The position numbers and the translations under genes are program-made. Below the pieces are notes generated by a model that worked only from the letters and a program-made list of their open reading frames with translations, had not been told where the DNA came from and did not search any database. From the human T2T-CHM13v2.0 reference genome, Homo sapiens, in assembly GCF_009914755.1 (NCBI RefSeq), contig NC_060931.1: a stretch of DNA of 64,000 bases, one strand, 5' to 3'. This document shows, one piece after another, positions 1-13,489 of this stretch; the first letter of the stretch is position 1, and each line of letters starts with the position of its first letter.

Positions 1-120
1 GGACAGCGCAGGGTGGCGGCAAGGCAGGGCTGGGCCGGGGGCGGCCCAGGCGACTACAGGTAGCAGGAGGGCGGGGACGAGAGCCGTTGCGCCACCGCTG
101 GCGCGCCGGTTTTGTTGTTA
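1..120 (-). other. CEP83: Probable non-coding first exon / 5' leader of a leftward-transcribed gene; tentatively CEP83 (recalled, unverified)
   Basis: The minus strand reads ACAACAAAACCGGCGCGCCAGCGGTGGCGCAACGGCTCTC..., which I recall as resembling the CEP83/CCDC41 mRNA 5' end. An X-box-like motif fits a ciliary gene. No coding sequence is visible, so BLAT is needed to confirm. Confidence 0.35.
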
Positions 121-420
121 TTGCGAGGATTGTCTGGGGCCCCTTTAAGCCGGAACAGGCAGGGCGGAAGTGCGTCACCGGCGGCACGCCCCTGCACATG
201 GACCTCCCCCGTCCCCGCCATCCCTGCCGATCCTGTTGCTGCCGCCTTCCCGCCGTGCTCGGGCTGCCCGGGACTCTAGCCGCCAGGCTTCGCGTCGCCC
301 AGCGGCAGATCGGGCTCCTGGGAGCCTCTCCCCTGGCCGTTTGCTCGGCCTCGGCCCCAGCTGCCCTGGGGCCTAGCCACTAGCTCCCCTGGCGCTAGCC
401 TACCCTGTCTTGACCGCACC
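1..420. promoter_or_regulatory. CpG-island promoter, probably bidirectional (continues left of the window)
   Basis: Very GC- and CpG-rich compared with the rest of the window. GC box GGGCGGGG (~69-76), ETS/GABP cores CCGGAA (150-155) and GCGGAAGT (164-171) abutting a CRE-like TGCGTCA (171-177), ACTACA (ZNF143-associated half motif, ~53-58), and a degenerate RFX X-box-like GTTGTTATTGCGA (~114-126). Confidence 0.85.
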
Positions 421-569
421 CTGAAGATTTGGGAAGTCTTTCTCCATCCCAAGAGTCGTCTCTGCAAAAGTTGGTGTCCTTCCTGGTGCTGAACCACGCT
501 TCTGCTCAAAATGTGTTGAGCGTCGTCTGTCTGCAAAGCACGGTGCCAGGAGCTTTGGTGGAGAAGGCA

Positions 570-780
570 TGGGGTACATGTGTAAAGAGTACAGGCTTTT
601 GGTTAAACCTGAAGTCCTCCTCTACTTTCTGGGGGACCCTGGCCGTCCTTGCTGAGCCTCCGTTGACTTCTCTAATGGGGACGGTAATGCCTACCTGACC
701 ACAAGCTGATGAGTAAATGAGCTATGAGTGCAAAGTGTGGTGCAGTTCTGGCGTGTGCCAGCCTCTCAAGTGTCAGTTTC
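570..780 (+). mobile_element. MIR SINE remnant
   Basis: MIR core-like 'taatggggacggtaatgcctacct...taaatgagctatgagtgcaaagtg...ctggcgtgtg'. Confidence 0.6.
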
Positions 781-1124
781 CGTCTCATTCCTCTTAATCT
801 TCACTAAAATGGACAAGTATTCATTGAGCACCTAATGCGTGTTCAGTATGGTGGGAGATGAGGGATGACAGTATTATTTTTCTATTTTATAGGTTAGACA
901 TAGAACAAAAGGTTGAGTCTATTGCCCATAGCCGAACTTTTCTTCATTTTCTACTGTGGTTTAGAAGTCGGTATAGTAAGTTAAGGGTTGTTAGATGTGC
1001 ATTTTCACAGCTCCCAGCTTCCACTTAGGAGTAGATAACATAGGGGACTTTGCGAGCTGGTCTCTTTCCCTCTTAGCTTCAGAAGGGCTTCGAGGTAGCC
1101 ACCACTGAATTAGTTGAGAGACAA

Positions 1125-1193
1125 GGCACCCCTACGGAGGAAATCTCAACTGCACAACCCCTACTGTGCCCCAATTCAGCAGGAAGCAGTTAG
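1125..1193 (+). pseudogene. C-terminal remnant of HERV-W env (syncytin-1-like tail)
   Basis: Translates GTPTEEISTAQPLLCPNSAGSS*, matching the syncytin-1/HERV-W Env C-terminus (KGTPPEEISAAQPLLRPNSAGSS). Followed by the polypurine tract GAGAGGGGG just before the LTR. Confidence 0.9.
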
Positions 1194-1248
1194 AGCGGTG
1201 GTCAAACCTCCCCAATAGCACTTGGGTTTTCCTGTTGAGAGGGGGTAC

Positions 1249-2001
1249 TGAGAGACAGGACTAGTTGGATTTCCTAGGCTGGCTAAGAATCCCTAAGCCT
1301 AGCTGGGAAATTGACCACGTCCACCTTTAAACACGGGGCTTGCAATTTAGCTCACACCCGACCAATCAGGTAGTAAAGAGAGCTCACTAAAATGCTAATT
1401 AGGGAAAAACAGGAGGTAAAGAAGTAGCCAATCATCTATCGCCTGAGAGCACAACAGGAGGGACAATGATCAGGATATAAACCCAGGCATTCAAGCCAGC
1501 GGTGGCTACCCTCTTTGGGTCCCCTCCCTTTGTATGGAAGCTCTGTTTTCACTCTATTAAATCTTGCAATTGCACACTTTTCTGGTACGTGTGTGTCACA
1601 GCTCAAGCTGAGCTTTCGCTCACCGTCCACCACTGCTGTCTGCCGCTGTCACAGACCCACAGCTGACTTCCATCCCTCTGGATCCAGCGAGGCGCCCATT
1701 GCTGCTCCTGATCGGGCTAAAGGCTTGCCCTTGTTCCTGCAGGGCTAAGTGCCCAGGTTCGTCCTAATCTAGCTAAACACTAGTCACTGGGTTCCACGAT
1801 TCTCTTCCATGACCCACAGCTTCTAATAGAGCTATAACACTCGCCGCTTGGCCCAAGATTCCATTCCTTGGAATCCATGAGGCCAAGAACCCCAGGTCAG
1901 AGAACACAAGACTTGCCACCATCTCGGAAGTGGCCCGTCACCATCTTGGAAGCGACCTGCCACCATCTTGGGAACTTGGGGAGCAAGGACCCCCAGTAAC
2001 A
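1249..2001 (+). mobile_element. LTR17 (HERV-W LTR), complete U3-R-U5
   Basis: TG...CA termini; CCAAT boxes (~1362, ~1428); TATAAA 1476-1481; poly(A) signal ATTAAA 1556-1561; U5 'ccaccatcttgg' repeats typical of HERV-W. Confidence 0.92.
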
Positions 2002-2259
2002 TAGTGACCAGGAGGAAATTCTTCCTCTCAACAGCTAATGCAGCAGGATCTCTTACACCGTACCCTCCCTCACCTTGCTCTTGCTCTTCATGGTAGAACA
2101 CGTACCATATCTTAGCTGTACTCTATCAACTGCGCATCTGAAGTAAAGAGTGAAGTCTTCTTTGTTTCCAGTCATGGAGCAACAACTTGCTATGATACTG
2201 GCCTTCTGTAGCTGACTCTTCTTTGTCTACCCAGGCACTCTAATGGAACTTTAATTCTA

Positions 2260-2625
2260 GCTAAAGTTATTTTCTCAGACTCCTTTGAAGCAAGGGGCAG
2301 CCATTTGACACACTTCAAGCCAATGAGTTGAATGTTGAACTTATTGCTGAGGCTTCTAAGAAAGCATATAGATGGAAGGGCTCTGCGAATCAGAGCTCAT
2401 CTTTGCCCTACACCTGTCTTCCAGGAGGAACGTGAAGAGCTACAGCACTCATAGTTCAGTCATGAAACAACAAACAGGAGAACAATGGCCTGCATTCCAA
2501 GGATGGCAGAGCAGAAAACTGTAAAGAGGCTGGGCATTTGATGGCATTGTGGTGCCACCAGACAAGCCCTAAGCTATCTTCCCTAAGACTTCTTGTTTTG
2601 GGTCAAATTCCTGTTTAAGCCAGGA
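2260..2625 (+). mobile_element. Old MaLR LTR (MLT1J/K-like)
   Basis: Degenerate MLT1 motifs 'ggatggcagagcagaaaact...gggcatttgatggcattgtgg...gtttaagcca'. Confidence 0.55.
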
Positions 2626-2884
2626 AGTTTTCACAACCTTCACCACCCAGTCCTGCAGCTGTTGTCTCATGCTTGTGACTCAGACTTCCAGGAATCCTTT
2701 AGAAGTGATGTGGTGATCTCGTTTGGCACTATGCAATGTACACTATTAATGAAGGTACCCTAATAATTATAAATATTAAGACAGAATGTGCATTTCACAG
2801 TGATTTAAACACTCTTTAACACTCTTTAAAACAGTCCATCAAAGGTTCGCTAACACAGAGAAAAACATTTAAAATTGTAATAAA

Positions 2885-3187
<303 letters not shown>

Positions 3188-3615
3188 AAAATTGTAATGA
3201 ACATTCAAGAAATTGAAATATACGGGTACAAAGATGATATAGTATCAGAAAAAATGATTTTTTTTAAATTTTACAGCCACTTGAATTAAGTACCTAAAAA
3301 TGCTTTTGATGCTGTTGAGCTTGGCTATGATAACAACAGTATGTAAATATTCCACTTTTGTTAAAATATGTATAAACAGGTATGTGTACAGAGCAGTGTA
3401 TGAAAGGGTGGTCCCCAGAATATTGATAGTGTTTGACGTGGAATTTGGGCTAGGAAAAATAATTACCAATGAGGAGATACAAGATAGCAGCAGTTAGGGA
3501 GAGGCCGTCCATGCAGCTGCCTATTTAAATCACTGTCCATGTTAACAGATAAGAACTGGAAATGTCAAAGAACAATTGCCCAGCTCAGTTACCATCTGCT
3601 ACTAAAGATAGCCCC

Positions 3616-3937
<322 letters not shown>

Positions 3938-4019
3938 TCAAGAGTACCATGGTAATATAATATGGTAATAGATAATAAAAGAGTCATGATCATTAATAAT
4001 AAATATAATACTTCTACTT

Positions 4020-4286
4020 CAACTGAGGAATGGAAAACTAAACATCATATGTTCTCATATGTCCCTAAGCTATGAGGATGCAAAGGCATAAGAATGATAC
4101 AATGGACTTTGGGGACTTTCAGGGAAAGGGTGAGAAGGGCGTAAGGGATAAAAGACTACAAATTGGGTTCAGTATATACTGCTCGGGTGATGGGTGCACC
4201 AAAATCTTAAAAATCGCCAAAGAACTTATGTAACTAAATACCACCTGTTCCCCAAAAAACTATGGAAATTAAAAATTAAAAAATAA
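4020..4286 (+). mobile_element. L1 3' end (L1PB-like)
   Basis: 'gcaaaggcataagaatgatacaatggactttgggg...gggataaaagactacaaattggg...' followed by an A-rich tail. Confidence 0.85.
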
Positions 4287-4509
4287 GTATAATTTCTGCT
4301 TTAGCGATATTAACTATTCAGTACACAATAAGTGAGTTTAGCAATTCAGTGATTTCTGACTGTTGGGTAGCTCTCTTTGTTAACAAATAAAATATAAATT
4401 TGAAGAAACTTATTTGTAAATAATGGTTTTCTGTGAATTAATGGGATGTTTGTTTACTTCCACTTCTTCTTTGAGGTGTAAAAGAGAACAGCTAGAAAAC
4501 ACATATTGT

Positions 4510-4826
<317 letters not shown>

Positions 4827-6265
4827 TCAGTGAGATTACAGTTTCCTTTAAAAATTCAAAGTAAGTGCTTGTCACTGAGCTTTTCTTACTGAAATTTGGA
4901 GTACCTTCCAGGAAGCTAAAATACTTTTATGATGTTGAATAGTATAGTTTGAGTTTGTTAGCTCTCTTGGAAGGAAAGACTTCAAGTGATGATCTTGCGG
5001 TTTCAAGTTTCAGAGATGATGTTGGCCATCTGGCTTCTGATTCCATTCATTTCTACTTTCACCATCCTTGTCATTTTTTAAAGAGACTGTGTCACAAAGC
5101 ATCTAATCAAATCTTAATCAAGTTTATTGTTTTTAAAAAATGAAAACCTACATTGGAAGCCTAAGAAAATTAGCTCATTTCAACACTCTACTTTAAAAAT
5201 CGTAAATGGTCCCAGATGTTTGATCACAAGTCATCTTGTAGGAAATGAAACAAAACCATTCATTAAATCCCAAATGGTGTTTTGAATTATATGTCATCTA
5301 ATGAATTCTTAGAACAGTCTCGAGAGATAATGAGGACACTGAAGCTCAGAAAGGGTAAGTATCCTGCCCAAAATCACACAGTAAGTTCCAAATAGAGCTC
5401 TGTCCCCACTGTAATGCACACACTTTCCACTACACTGAACTTTATTACTTAAAGATAATCATGGGTAACAAGACACATTCAGGAGGAAAAGGCTTTCAGG
5501 AACATCTTAGAGATCATCTAGATCAGTCTTCTAGGTACTGCCAGAATGAATCAGTCTTACCACATCTCTGAAGGGTGATCAGCCAATTGACATAGCTCTT
5601 TCCAGAGACAAGGAGCACCATAGTTTTTACTGCAACATGACAGGTTGTTAAACAGCCATGGTGTTTATAAGTGAATTGAAATTTGCATTCCTATAATTTG
5701 TCATTGGGCCTACAATGATCAATCCAAAATGTGTTTACTCTTATTCCACATGCCAGCCCTTCAAATAGACAGCTGTAAAATGCTCTTTATATCTTCTGCA
5801 GACTAAATAGCCTTAGATCCTTCAACAATTCTTTAGTTTCCAGATCTTTCAGAATAGTGACTCACCTTTGAACACACTAGTTTGTAAATTCCCCCATAAA
5901 TTATGAACACAATAGGCACAGTAGTTCATACAGATTGTGATTTCCCTATAATAGTCTTCATAAAGACACGTCTGTATTTCTATTAGTTTGTTAATAGAAA
6001 TCTACCTAATCTGGTTTAGCAGTTGAGTTTCCTGCTTTTCAGGAACTCTATGTCTAGTCAGTATTTACAGTGACCATTTGGCTAAGAGAGAAACCTCTTG
6101 TTTCTCTGATGATTCAATCTAGTGACTTATTTAGGATAACAATTGGAGAATATCGTAGCTAAATACCATCTCACTGAGGCTCTTTTAGGTGACCAGAGAA
6201 GTAGTAAGGGAAAGAGGGCAAATCACTTACACTGTTCACCCTTTGAGAATTTTTACCTAAGGGTA

Positions 6266-6765
6266 TGTGTTAGTTGTCTATTGCTGTAAAACAAATTGCC
6301 TCCAAAACTGTGGGTCAGAAATTTGGGAGCAGCTTAACTGGGAGTCCTGGTTTGAGGCTCTCATGGCATTGCAGTCAAGATTTCAGGTGGCATTCAGTCA
6401 TCTGAAGACTTGATTGGGACTGGAAGATCTACTTTCCAGATGTCTCACTCATAAGGCTGGCATGCTGGTGCTGGTTATTAGTGTGAAGTCTCAGTTCCTC
6501 CCCATGTGGGCCTCTCTATAGAACTGCCTGAGCATCCTCAAAACATGGCAGCTGGATTCCCCCAGAATGAGAGATCCAAAAGACCAATGCAAAAGCTGCA
6601 ATGCCTTTTATGACTTAATCTTGGAAATTACATAAATACTGTCACCTGCATTGTGTTCTTTAGTCACACAGACCAGCCCTGAATCAGTTTGGGAGGAGAG
6701 TAAATATGGGCATGAATACCCAGAGATAAGGACTGTTAGTCTCATATTGGAGGCCAGCTTACCAA
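6266..6765 (-). mobile_element. MaLR LTR (MLT1F/G-like)
   Basis: Reverse complement of the MLT1 3' end, 'tgtgttagttgtctattgctg', plus internal 'gcagctggattccccagaatgagagatcc'. Confidence 0.7.
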
Positions 6766-7479
6766 ATGTACTTTACCAAAGCATGGCAGGTCTAATAGAT
6801 ACCTTTTTCCTTCTGTATACTACTATCCAATTCCAAATCCCAATACCTGTGTTGCGACTGTTTCACAACTGCTTGCCCTTCAACTGGCATTCAGCCTCTC
6901 TCTTTCTAAAGGCCTTTCACCTCCAAATTTAGAACTATCTTAACACTATTCCATATTTCTCAAATGTTTGTCATTATTGTTAAAAAGCAAATATAGTTTA
7001 ACAGTTTGGAAAAACATTTCCTACTACATTCAAATAAAGTTAAGAAAATATCAGTAAATTGAAACAAACCTGGAGAAGAGTCATTGGCCTATCCCAGGGG
7101 TTCTTAATCTGGGTTCAGAGATAGATGGCCAACATGTGTATACTCCTGAATTGTCTGTAATACTGTGTGCATGTGTACACATGGCATTTATCTAAAGGAG
7201 AGCCCATAGCTTTTATCAGCTTCTCAAAGAGGCCATTTGTAATGCCTTTCAGAACCCCAGTGAAATTCAGTCCTCACTATGAGGTTTTTCCAGTTAAAGG
7301 CAATGGGTTACTAAGCCAATTACCAGATTATGCCCTCAAGGCTCCAGATATACCCATCATTGTCTGCTTTGTGATAATATAGATAAGTCCTGTAAAAAAT
7401 TCTTTTCCAGCAGGCATGACATTAAGCTTTGTCAGTAGAGAGCATTGGGGGGACACTAGAGAAAGAAATTTCTCTACCT

Positions 7480-8327
7480 GTACAGTGTAGTATGCTCCTT
7501 TAGGCAGGTTGTTACAGTGCATGTGGCTTCTGTAGCACCCAGTTCCAGCAGTGCCCAGTGGCCAACAGTGTGTAGCACCTTCCACGGACAACTTCTCCAG
7601 AAACCCTCTCAGGTAACTTTGCAGGCAACTGCTATGAAGAGCTTTCCCCTGGCACCCGTCAAGTGGCTCTGCACTGGAGTACCATTAGTACCACTAGTGC
7701 CACTGGTATAACACCCTCTGTGAATGGCTTCCCCTCACGCCCCTTGGCCAGCTTTGCAGCCTCAGCAAATTCTCTGACATTCAATGAGCCTGAGTCACTG
7801 AACTTCGTCAATGAGAGTTTCTCATCCCTAAGGGCAGTGGCTGCTCCCTATATCTGCTATTCCTATGTTCTTTAGAATTTGCTTTCCTTCTCACTAGCCA
7901 TCTCCTCCTTATTACTCTATTCTCTGTTATAAATGATAATTATTTTCTTTTTTTTTTTTTGAGATGGAGTCTCGCTGTCTGTCACCCAGGCTGGAGTACA
8001 GTAGCACGATCTTGGCTCACTGCAGCCTCTGCCTTCCGGACTCCAGCGATTCTCCTGCCTCAGCCTCTGGGTAGCTGGGATTACAGGCACATGCCACCAT
8101 GCCTGGCTAACTTTTGTATTTTTAATAGAGACATGGTTTCACCATGTTGGCCAAGCTGTCTCAAACTCCTGACCTCAAGTGATCCACCTGCCTTGGCATC
8201 CCAAAGTGCTGGGATTACAGGCATAAGCCACTGCGCCCAGCCTATAAGTGATAATTCTTTATACTTAACCTTCCATGTTCAAAATGTGGTGTGGTTTCTC
8301 TCTCTTAGTTGGACCCTGGTTGATACA
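7480..8327 (+). mobile_element. ERVL-class LTR (5' LTR of the adjacent gag remnant), split by an Alu
   Basis: Ends '...ggaccctggttgataca', a typical ERVL LTR terminus, directly before ERVL internal sequence. Left boundary approximate. Confidence 0.6.
7943..8242 (-). mobile_element. Alu (AluS) inserted in the ERVL LTR
   Basis: Antisense Alu; TSD tataa(a/g)tgataatt. Confidence 0.95.
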
Positions 8328-8329
8328 GC

Positions 8330-9790
8330 ATTGGTATGAGAGGTGGTCCCAGGAGATGGACAATGAAGATAAAATTTAAGAATTGGTTTGGTCATTCCTT
8401 TGGCTGAGCTCTTCCTCAGAGGGAAATTAGATGCTAGAAATCCATGGCATGCAGGGGCATTACAATTGGTCAGACTACTACCGTCTGTGGTTGATTGTGA
8501 TGACATGCCAACTGAAGCAAGTGACTGCCTCAGCAGTTGATGCATTTGACAATTAGGGCAATGAAGATGACAATAAGGACAGTGGTATGGGATAGATCCT
8601 TCTGAGTGCCCTTAAGCACCTGTAGGTAGAAAATGACAACCTTATGTCTTTCAGTTCTCAGGTCAAGTCACAGACTATGACCAGAACTACAAAGAACCTT
8701 TTAGTTCTTGCAGGCATAGGGGTGATACTGTTGAAAATCAAGCACTAAATTTCATTTTAAGGGTTGCTGAATTATAGTAACAGTTAAATTCACGGTCACA
8801 TCACTATGTATATATGTACACACATATGGGTATATGTACACACATGTACATATATATATATATTATAGGTCATTGATTGGAAAAGAATGGAGACCTGAAA
8901 ATTGGAATAGGGCCATCTCCTTGGACCCAGATGATGCTGACAATCTTGAAACTCCAGGTCACTCTAAGCTTTGCCTATTCGCGAAAGTAGCTTGCCTTCT
9001 GGAGACTAACCTTTCTTTGCCTGAAAACTCTGTGATAACCTCACTTGGGGCAGAGTCCTTAAAAGAGGATGTTCCTTCTCAAGACCTACCATAACCACTC
9101 GCTATCGCCACTAGACCTATAACTACAGTTACATCTCAGCATGCCCCACAGGGACAGGTACACACTATGACCCAGGAAGAACTAGCTGACACACCAAAAG
9201 AATTGTAAGACTTTGCTAATATATATTGGCAGAAATCTGGGGAATATATCCTAAGGGTGTTAGACCAAGGAGGGTAAAATAAAGAGCCAGCTTGCTATGC
9301 TTGTACTTGCTAGAGATTCCAGATTTCATGTGTTAGCTCATCCAGCTGAAGGTGGCTCTTACAATTTATTGGTGTATTGACTGAAACTTGGACTCAAAGA
9401 CAGCCTACATTTAATACAGCTGAGATGCCAGAGCTTTCCTGGCATCATGTGGAGAAAGCAATCCAAGGACTTAGGGAGATAGGAATGTTAAACTGTATCA
9501 AGTGTTACCGGCACACCCTTCTCCTTCCACTGTTCCATGAGAAGGCCCATAAGACACTCTCTTCACTAAGGCATTGAGAGGTACATTAGTAAAAGGGAGC
9601 ACCTGCATTTTTGTAAAGCTCTGTGGTTGCTCTTTGTAGACCAGGTGGGAGTATAGGGATGCCACCATTTAGATGAACCTCCTAGTTGTGCCACTTGAGA
9701 GACAGCACTATGGAAGGCTGGGGATATGTTTTACAGGATGAAGTATATTCTTTGAATTCAAGACCATTGCATGCAGAAAGGCATGCAGAT
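8330..9790 (+). pseudogene. Degenerate ERVL internal region (gag remnant)
   Basis: ORF fragments RSLIGKEWRPENWN...SQDLP (8834-9094) and TETWTQRQPTFNTAEMPELSWHHVEKAIQGLREIGML (9377-9577) match ERVL Gag motifs (RALIGKEWDPE-WNG; WPT..E.EMP.LPW..VEEGIQRLREIGM). Multiple stops and frameshifts. Confidence 0.85.
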
Positions 9791-10179
9791 TCAAGCTCAA
9801 CTGCAAAAATACTTAATGTCCATTATTTACATTAATATTTGTCTCAGTCACTATTATAAAGGACACAAAGGATAGTGAGATATACTTGCCTTCAAAGAGT
9901 TTGCAATCTAGTAGGAGAAAATAAGACACACATGCAAGTGACTATAAAACAAAATAGAGTAAAGGAGGTATCCCAGGCCCTTGTGTACACCAACCACCTT
10001 ATGTCTCAGCCAAAAGTGGAAGAAGGAAGTGAGGAAAGGGTGTGATCTGCTATATCAAATTTAGCTGGGGCCATTTGCAAAATGGAAACAGTGCTTTGAC
10101 AGGATTCTTCCTTTCCTTAGTCTTTTCCAGCTTTTCCTCACATTTTCCCAGAGTATACCTTCCTTAAAACTTCATCTAC

Positions 10180-10492
<313 letters not shown>

Positions 10493-11500
10493 CTACTGCC
10501 CTTCCTCAGGCCCAGCTGAGACTCCTTCAGTTTGGCAACTGGGAAAAGAGACCCAGCTGTGCCCCAGGAAATAAGATGGACCCCAAATGACCAGGCATAC
10601 ATATCTACCTTCCCCATATCAATGTCTGTGTCCCCACTGCCATTATTAACAACAACCTCATTCTTTTTCATCACACTCCCACTGTCTCTTCCCATGTCAC
10701 TTCCAGTATCTACAGCAACTTCTTTATGTTGGTAGTACCTTCCTAATTAATTTTGTTAAAGTTCTGAGGCCAGATCTAGGATCAGCAGAATAACTGGTTA
10801 GTTTGATTGACAAGGGTAAGGAATAGGGAATGACAGCTAAGTCAAGTACTTCAAATACTACATGCTAGAAACCCATTTCCTTCATTCATTCTAAGGATTT
10901 AGCACTCCAGAGTTACAAACTTTTATACTTCCTGTCTTATCTTGAAAATTTTCCAAAAACATGCATAACACATTTTAAATAGTTATATAACTGGTGAAGA
11001 GAAAAGGCCAAAGTTCTTGAGAAAAATCTTGGCTGAGTTTGCATTTTTTCTCCATCTTAGTTTTTTTGTGTATTTCCTTTCATGACTCCCTATGGTTTGT
11101 AAAGTTGGTTGAATCTTTGAAAAAGCAAGCTAGCTTTGACTAAGAAAACTTGTTAAATTTCAGGCTTTAGAGAGTAATGGGACAGCTTCCTGAGTATAAT
11201 GTTTGTAACATTCATTTTTAAAGAATGCAGGAGTTTATCTCCCTGAAGAGATTTATGTTTTACAACTTTGATATTGTCCAGTACTAAAATGCTCAGTTCT
11301 GTTGCAAGAATGTGTAATTAGGATAAAACAACTTAACATTAGTGGAGTTCCTATTACAGATGTGGAGTGTGCTAGGTGTTTTATGATGATCTCTTTGAAT
11401 CCCTTTAAGATAAGCCCTGAGTCTCTCCACTTTCAAACTTGTCCTATCCTGTCCTTAGACACTGTGAAATCTAATAATGCATTTACTATATGGTAATGAC

Positions 11501-11796
<296 letters not shown>

Positions 11797-12036
11797 TGGT
11801 AATGACTTAAGTCTGTCTCCCTCACTAGACTATGTGCTCCCTGAGGCTAGATATTGTGCCTTAGCCATTTCAATATCATTGTTGCCTAGCACAATCCTTT
11901 TTGCAGAGCAACAATAAATATTACGGACTAAATTATAATACTTAGTTTACAGAGGGAAATGAGCTGTAGGGAAGTTACCTGCCTAAGTTCGACAGTTAGT
12001 AATTGATAGAGCTGTTGATACTAAAGCCCTTGACTC

Positions 12037-12375
12037 CTTTCTTTCTTTTCTTTCTTTTCTGTCTCTCTCTCTCTCTCTTTCTCTCTTTCTTTCTGACAAG
12101 GTCTCTCTCTGTCACCCAGGCTGGAGTGCAGTGGCGCGATCTCAGCTCATTGCAACTCCGCCTCCCGGGTTCAAGCAATTCTTGTGTCTCAGCCTCCCAG
12201 GTAGCTAGGATCACAGCCATGAGCCACCACGCCTGGCTAATTTTTTTTGTATTTTTAGTAGAGATGGGGTTTCACCATTTGGCCAGGCTGGTCTCAAACT
12301 CCTGGCCTCAAGCAGTCCACCCGCCTCAGCCTCCCAAAGTGCTGGGATTACAGGCGTAAGCCACCGCGCCCGGCT
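12037..12375 (-). mobile_element. Alu with (TC)/(TTTC) microsatellite tail
   Basis: Antisense Alu; TSD gcccttgact. Confidence 0.95.
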
Positions 12376-13164
12376 GCCCTTGACTTTTATTCACAGTATT
12401 TCTATTTAAGAGCATGCAGTTCTATAGGGTTTTGTATGCCCATTTTACATCCTCTATCTTGTGAGCAATAATAGTAATATGTCTGGGAGAGTCTGAGCCA
12501 CATTCAGGAGGAGATTTGGCAAAAAGAGTTAAGGAAAAAGCCACAGAAGCATCATGGGTACAAAGTTTAGAAGCAATGGGGGGGCATCGGTCTTTACACA
12601 TCTGTTAGGAATGTCATGCAGCTAAAAGCAGCATCCCTGATAAACCTGTTTGGTATCTACTCGGCAAAATGGAGAAAACCCATAGGAATTTCAGCATTGT
12701 ACCTGTCTTGTCTCTTGTACACATTCCTCTCTCATTTAATGGTTGGTCATACCAGAGGCCATTTTCCTGCTAACTCCTTCTCCGCCAAACTCAGTATTTT
12801 AATGTACTAGTTGTTATTGCACATATAACTAGAATCTTCTATAATTATTATATGTTTGTAGCTTTTCTCTTGTGTCTGTGAAAGTCATTCTTTGGTTAAC
12901 ATAACCATCTTTTATTCACTTTCACCCAAAATTACAGTTCATAGCATACTTCAGGAAGGGAAAATGTTGAGGCATCCTCTTTATAAACCACCTAAATTTC
13001 TAAGGATGCCAGGGAATCAATGGTGGTAAATAAGCTTAAAGAAAGAAAAGAAGTCTCAGCTTAACTTGAGACTCAATTTTGCTCAGATTCATTTGAGAGA
13101 TGACACTTTTTGATTCCCACCATTTATATATATATTAGTTTCTTTTTTCCTTTCACTCTTTCTT

Positions 13165-13489
13165 TATTTTTGTTTCATTTTGTTTTGTTTTGTTTCTTTT
13201 TTGAGATGGAGTCTCACTCTGTCACCCAGGCTGGAGTGCAGTGTCACGATCACAGCTCACTGCAGCCTCATCCTTCTGGGCTCAAGTGATCCTCCCACCT
13301 CAGCCTCCTGAGTAGCTGGGGCTACAGGCGCATGACCCCATGCCCGGCTAATTTTTTTTTATTTATTTTTTGTAGAGATAGGGTTTTGTCCTGTTGCCAA
13401 GGCTGGTCTTGAACTCCTGGGCTCAAGCCATCCACCCACCTTGGACCACAAAATGCTGGGATTACAGGCATGAGCCACCACAGCCAGCC
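13165..13489 (-). mobile_element. Alu (AluJ-like)
   Basis: Antisense Alu with AluJ-type 'ggctcaagtgatcctcccacctcagcc'. Confidence 0.93.

Larger units (their letters stand above)
1115..2001 (+). mobile_element. Internally deleted HERV-W (HERV17) provirus: 9-nt 5' LTR stub + env 3' end + PPT + complete 3' LTR17
   Basis: Begins TGAGAGACA (1115-1123), identical to the LTR start at 1249. Ends ...CCCCAGTAACA (2001). Flanked by the 4-bp TSD TAGT (1111-1114 and 2002-2005). Confidence 0.9.

Noticed and set aside
87-698. Overlapping 68-98-aa ORFs in the CpG island
   Set aside because: Mostly non-ATG starts, low-complexity Pro/Arg/Ala composition, expected in GC-rich DNA, and no recognisable domain.
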